Below, piece after piece: positions 12,461 through 16,051 of a stretch of 16,051 nt of DNA. The DNA is from a virus: IMG/VR virus record IMGVR_UViG_3300045988_070369; one strand, 5' to 3'. The notes under the pieces were generated by a model that was given only the letters and a program-made list of their open reading frames with translations, did not search any database and was not told the origin of the DNA. A program made the translations under genes and the position numbers. Every line of letters begins with the position of its first letter. The first letter of the stretch is position 1.

Positions 12461-13993
12461 ATGCAGCAGTGCTTCATGTTCATCGACACCGGCAACGGCT
12501 GGACACCGGTGAACGATTCCACCAAGGATGTAGCGGCCCTGGACTCTTTCACCATCGATTGGGGAAGTGACGGCATCGACGAACAACCCGAGCCGGCCGT
12601 CATGTCGTTCACCCTCCGCGACCGCACCGGACGGCTCGCAGGCCAGGCACTCACATTGGCCGGCATGAAAGTGGTCGTCCAATTCTCCAACCAGCCTCGA
12701 TGGATGGACCTGACGCCAGCGATGGGCAGCTGGCGCGATCTGCGCATCCCCATCGACTCGCTCCACAAGACGTATTCGCCAGACTCGCCAGACTCGCCAG
12801 ACTCGCCAGACTCGCCAGACTCGCCATCCGAAACAATGTTCGCCGGCAGCGTGTCCACCGGCGGCAGCATCGAACCGGCCAGCGACGGCGGGTGGCTGCT
12901 CAAACTCTCCGCCACATCGAGGATGGCCATATGGAAACGCCTGCAATCACAAGGACCGACAGACACGGACGCGAAATGGAACGGCGCGCACTGGATAGGC
13001 ACACCATCCGCACGCCTCAAGGAGATGAACCGCAGGGCCTCGGCGCAGGGAGCGCCGGAAGCCCAACTGGACGGGCTCGCCCTGCCGTCAAGCGTCGCAC
13101 CATACACGTCAACCGACCACCCATCACAGCTCGACCTGCTGCACCGGCTCACCGCCGGCCCACGACTCCCGCAATGGCACGAAGTCTACGACGGCTCGGC
13201 ATCCACCCTCAGGCCGCTGTTCCTCGCCGACACGATCGCCGTGCATCTGTCAACCGATGGCCGACTCAACGTCCTCACCGACGGAGAGACCCGCCACGCG
13301 CTCTCGGCCTCCGACATCGAGGCATCGACGGATCTGAGCATCACCGAACCTTTGACACAGGTCGTCATCAACGCGAAACGCGTCAAATCGGACAACGGCA
13401 AGCTCTCTTTCGACGACGTGGAGATCACGATGGGAGACCAGAACCGTCTGCCACCACAATTGACCGCCATGCAGAAGAGCCTCACCATCGATTCCGACAT
13501 GCTCGCCGTGGACGACTCGGGCGGCGTATGGAACAGCGGGGCCACATCGAACGTCAGCGACACCGACCGCGCGAACGTCGCGCAATGGCTCGAATCGCAC
13601 GACCTGCGCATGGTCCCGGACCACGTGACGTTCAACAGCACGCGCATCGACCCGGCGCGCCTGCCATGGCTGTACAAGGCGAGCCCGTCCGGCCCGTTCA
13701 TCATCGTCAAGGCCAAGGCGTCGGCATTGACCGGCTCCGACGGCCGACCGTCCTTCACCGGCCCCATCACGACCATCGGCGGGACGCTCTCATACCGGTG
13801 GCGCAACGGCAAACCGACACTCACCCAGGAAGCGACGCTGGCCGCGCTCCGGCCGCTGCTGACGAAACGGATCACATGGGCCGACCTGCCCACCCTCAGC
13901 TGGCAGCAGCTCGACCTGCACATCTGCGATCTCTCGATGATCCAGATCATCGACACTTCTTCGCCCACCGCCGAAAAGGAAGGAACACAATGA
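12461..13993 (+). CDS. Minor tail protein (distal-tail/Dit-like N-terminus with extension), 510 aa
   Basis: SD AAGGAGG. Immediately follows the tape measure. Contains an in-frame (SPD)x5 repeat insert. Confidence 0.7.
   Translation: MQQCFMFIDTGNGWTPVNDSTKDVAALDSFTIDWGSDGIDEQPEPAVMSFTLRDRTGRLAGQALTLAGMKVVVQFSNQPRWMDLTPAMGSWRDLRIPIDSLHKTYSPDSPDSPDSPDSPDSPSETMFAGSVSTGGSIEPASDGGWLLKLSATSRMAIWKRLQSQGPTDTDAKWNGAHWIGTPSARLKEMNRRASAQGAPEAQLDGLALPSSVAPYTSTDHPSQLDLLHRLTAGPRLPQWHEVYDGSASTLRPLFLADTIAVHLSTDGRLNVLTDGETRHALSASDIEASTDLSITEPLTQVVINAKRVKSDNGKLSFDDVEITMGDQNRLPPQLTAMQKSLTIDSDMLAVDDSGGVWNSGATSNVSDTDRANVAQWLESHDLRMVPDHVTFNSTRIDPARLPWLYKASPSGPFIIVKAKASALTGSDGRPSFTGPITTIGGTLSYRWRNGKPTLTQEATLAALRPLLTKRITWADLPTLSWQQLDLHICDLSMIQIIDTSSPTAEKEGTQ
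12776..12825. repeat. 9-bp perfect tandem repeat AGACTCGCC x5 (plus a 5-nt partial unit) inside the minor tail gene
   Basis: Read directly: tcgcc agactcgcc x5, encoding YSPDSPDSPDSPDSPDSPSE. Confidence 0.97.
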
Positions 13994-14598
13994 CAGCAAC
14001 AACACCCATCTACGGGCTCTCATATCCCGAAGGCTCCGACCTTGTGTCAACCGCGCCGGACTCGTTCAAGGCCATGGCCGGCACGTTCGAGCAGGCGCTT
14101 TACGCGGTCGACCAGCGGTCCACCCCAGCCGGCGCGACACCTGTGATCGCCACCACGCTCGAATCGCTGAAGGCACAGACAGCCACGGTCGGCCAGACCG
14201 GCTTCGTCACCTCGGACGGCGACAACACCGGCCCGTACATTTGGGACGGGACCAGCTGGCATCACGCACACTGGTACACCTCCGATGACAAAGCCCAAAC
14301 AACGCTTGTTAACAAATCAGGCTGGAAATGCGAATACATGATAAAACATGGATTCGTTTACGTCACGATTAATCTCTCGGACAGTGGCACCAAAGGATGG
14401 AGCGAAAGCCAAATGCCCGGCACGCTCCCCGAGGAAGCACGACCGCCGCTCGAACTGAATTTCGCACCGATATGCTCCAACAACACATCAATCGGTGTAT
14501 TCATCGTCAAACCCACCGGAGTCATCGTCTACTCGCGTCGCGGCGGCGGGCAAATCTCCGACAATCGTTATGCAACCATGATGTGGCCGGCCGCATGA
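13990..14598 (+). CDS. Minor tail protein / candidate receptor-binding protein, 202 aa
   Basis: SD AAGGAAGGAA, and ATG 13990 overlaps the upstream stop. The N-terminal PIYGLSYPEGSDLVSTAPDSFKAMAGTFEQALYAVD fits a pattern I recall at N-termini of actinobacterial phage tail fibre/minor tail proteins. The C-terminal third is markedly lower in GC. The track start at 12700 is off-frame read-in. Confidence 0.7.
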   Translation: MTATTPIYGLSYPEGSDLVSTAPDSFKAMAGTFEQALYAVDQRSTPAGATPVIATTLESLKAQTATVGQTGFVTSDGDNTGPYIWDGTSWHHAHWYTSDDKAQTTLVNKSGWKCEYMIKHGFVYVTINLSDSGTKGWSESQMPGTLPEEARPPLELNFAPICSNNTSIGVFIVKPTGVIVYSRRGGGQISDNRYATMMWPAA

Positions 14599-14825
14599 CG
14601 GATCTCGTCATCGCGGTCGTCGGCGCTATCGGCGCGGTCGTCGGCGCACTGGTCTCCACCCTCTCGGCCGCCGCGAAGAACAAGATGGAAGCCTACAGGC
14701 TCGCACAGAAGATGCAGGCCGACAACCAACGCCTCTGGCAATATAACCGGCAACTCATCGACCACATCTACCGCCGCGCACCGCCACCACCGCCGGAACC
14801 ACCTGAAGACCTTTTCAACGACTAA
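14595..14825 (+). CDS. Small membrane protein, 76 aa (N-terminal TM helix, coiled segment, Pro-rich tail). Possible lysis-cassette component.
   Basis: ATG 14595 overlaps the upstream stop (ATGA). MTDLVIAVVGAIGAVVGALVSTLSAAA ... RRAPPPPPEPPEDLFND. Confidence 0.6.
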   Translation: MTDLVIAVVGAIGAVVGALVSTLSAAAKNKMEAYRLAQKMQADNQRLWQYNRQLIDHIYRRAPPPPPEPPEDLFND

Positions 14826-14837
14826 AAGGGAGCCAAC

Positions 14838-15635
14838 ATGAGCGACATCATCTGGAAAGGAAGCCCGAACCACTACGTGGGCCGCAACGGCTACGGCGTC
14901 ACGCACATCACTTTGCACATCATGGTCGGATACCTCGCCGGCACAGATGCCACGTTCGCCAGCCAGTCAAGCCGTGCCTCGGCCCACTACGGCATCGGCG
15001 CGACCGGAGAGATCCACCAATACGTGTCGGAACTCGACGGCAGCTATTCCGACGCGAACTGGGCATCTAACAATTCGACCATCAGTATCGAGCACGAAGG
15101 AGGAATGGCCAACGGTGCGGTCTGCACGAAGGAGTGCATCGACGCAAGCGCGCGCCTCTGCGCCGACATCGCGCGCAGGTACGGGTGGACGAAACTGTGG
15201 CACGACGGGCTGAAAGGCAACGTATGGCTACACCGGGAGATCCCAGGCACAGACCACCTCTCATGCCCCGACCTCGCGCCAAACGGCCTGCCATACAAGC
15301 AGATCATCGACAAAGCAAATCAGATACTCGAAGGAGGCTCCATGTCAAACGCAGGAGACGAAGTATGGAACTGGGCCTACAAGCCCAACGGAAAGAACGC
15401 CACACCGGGCGGCAACATGTACAACCTGCTCGCCTACGAGCTGCCGCAGCGTGTCCGTGACAGCATCATGCAATACAGCTACAAGGGCTCAGCACCGGGC
15501 GGCAACATCTACAACACAATCTGCTTCGAGATCCCCGGAATGCTGAAACAGCTCACCAAAACCATCGAGAAGCAGCAGCAGCAGATCAGCGAACTGTCCG
15601 AAAAAATCAGCAAGCTGGAAGGAACCACGAAATGA
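14838..15635 (+). CDS. Endolysin: N-acetylmuramoyl-L-alanine amidase (Amidase_2/PGRP-type) with a C-terminal two-repeat domain and coiled-coil tail
   Basis: - SD GGGAG.
- Motifs VTHITLHIM, SAHYGIG, ISIEHEG and HREIPGTDHLSCPD fit the Zn-amidase pattern.
- The C-terminus carries two ~30-aa repeats containing PGGN(M/I)YN. Confidence 0.9.
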   Translation: MSDIIWKGSPNHYVGRNGYGVTHITLHIMVGYLAGTDATFASQSSRASAHYGIGATGEIHQYVSELDGSYSDANWASNNSTISIEHEGGMANGAVCTKECIDASARLCADIARRYGWTKLWHDGLKGNVWLHREIPGTDHLSCPDLAPNGLPYKQIIDKANQILEGGSMSNAGDEVWNWAYKPNGKNATPGGNMYNLLAYELPQRVRDSIMQYSYKGSAPGGNIYNTICFEIPGMLKQLTKTIEKQQQQISELSEKISKLEGTTK

Positions 15636-15982
15636 CCGACACGACGGAAAACCGACTACCAGCGACCAGCACAACGGAAGTAACCGTGATGCCGGTCTCC
15701 GCGCAGATCATGGCCGCCACCGATGACGACGCCGAGACCACGACGCCGAGCATCGACGGCGGCACAATATCCAGATTCCTCGTGCTGCTCCTTGCGCTTG
15801 TCAACCAGGCACTGACCATGTTCGGCCATCCGGTGCTCAACATCGATGACACGACCATCACGCAGCTCGTAAGCCTCGCATGGACAGCCGGCAGCGCCAT
15901 CTGGTGCTACTGGAAGGACAACGACGTGACCACGAAGGCCCGCGTCAAAAAGGCGAGGCTATCGGCACGTCACGCGGCCTAA
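15632..15982 (+). CDS. Holin (phi LC3/Holin_1-like), 116 aa with a long acidic N-terminal extension
   Basis: ATGA overlap with the endolysin stop. ISRFLVLLLALVNQALTMFG ... LVSLAWTAGSAIWCYWKDNDVTTKA matches the two-TM plus W(W/Y)WK(N/D)N..T pattern of LC3-type holins. In-frame alternative starts at Met20 and Met27. Confidence 0.75.
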   Translation: MTDTTENRLPATSTTEVTVMPVSAQIMAATDDDAETTTPSIDGGTISRFLVLLLALVNQALTMFGHPVLNIDDTTITQLVSLAWTAGSAIWCYWKDNDVTTKARVKKARLSARHAA

Positions 15983-15988
15983 ATAAGA

Positions 15989-16025
15989 CGGACGGCCGCC
16001 GTTGCCTCTCGTAGACGGCCGTCCG
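15989..16025. terminator. GC-rich hairpin (10-bp perfect stem, 17-nt loop) between the holin stop and the repeat. Possible bidirectional terminator or recombination-site inverted repeat.
   Basis: CGGACGGCCG (15989-15998) pairs with CGGCCGTCCG (16016-16025). No T-run follows on either strand. The left arm straddles the start of the terminal repeat (15997). Confidence 0.4.
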
Positions 16026-16051
16026 GCATCGCAACGTAATGCTCCGTGGTC
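15997..16051. repeat. Right copy of the exact 55-nt terminal direct repeat (identical to 1-55)
   Basis: Direct comparison with 1-55, 55/55 identical. Confidence 0.97.

Noticed and set aside
12776-12825. The 9-bp repeat as an on/off phase-variation switch
   Set aside because: The unit length is a multiple of three, so copy-number changes keep the reading frame. Only linker-length variation is plausible.
12700-13989. Upstream 430 codons of the 632-aa track ORF 12700-14598
   Set aside because: This part is an Arg/His-rich off-frame overlap of the 12461-13993 tail gene. Only the part from ATG 13990, which has a strong SD and overlaps the upstream stop, looks real.

Overview
The window is a high-GC (about 60% by eye), actinobacterial-type, temperate siphovirus-like genome that appears complete. 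The first 55 nt (1-55) are identical to the last 55 nt (15997-16051), so the non-redundant unit is 15,996 bp if that identity is a circular-closure overlap.

Layout, left to right:
- Minus-strand N-terminal fragment of a tyrosine-integrase-like ORF that runs off the left edge.
- Lower-GC immunity switch: CI-like repressor (-), operator region, Cro-like protein (+).
- Orphan early genes, including a minus-strand gene lying antisense inside a cro-coupled ORF.
- A 326-bp ORF-poor structured region.
- Four small, tightly coupled genes, at least one a clear excisionase/MerR-type HTH.
- A packed, translationally coupled late operon: HNH endonuclease, putative terS, terL, HK97-type portal, prohead protease fused to major capsid protein, adaptor, head-tail joining protein, major tail protein, HK97 gp10-like protein, tail chaperone G/GT with a GGGAAAC -1 frameshift site, tape measure, two minor tail proteins, small membrane protein, amidase endolysin, holin.

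I see no tRNA, rRNA, CRISPR array or transposase. I also see no recognisable DNA replication gene and no recombinase catalytic domain.

Things most worth a second look:
- The terminal repeat that cuts the integrase-like ORF, and the near-minimal gene content.
- The antisense-embedded orphan cassette next to cro.
- The structured non-coding region.
- Two helically phased repeat arrays bracketing the terminase genes.
- The in-frame internal SD/ATG inside the protease-capsid fusion.
- The HNH fused to a degenerate P-loop-like domain.
- A 9-bp in-frame VNTR and a low-GC C-terminal module in the tail proteins.

All functional calls come from motif recognition by eye. No database search was run.
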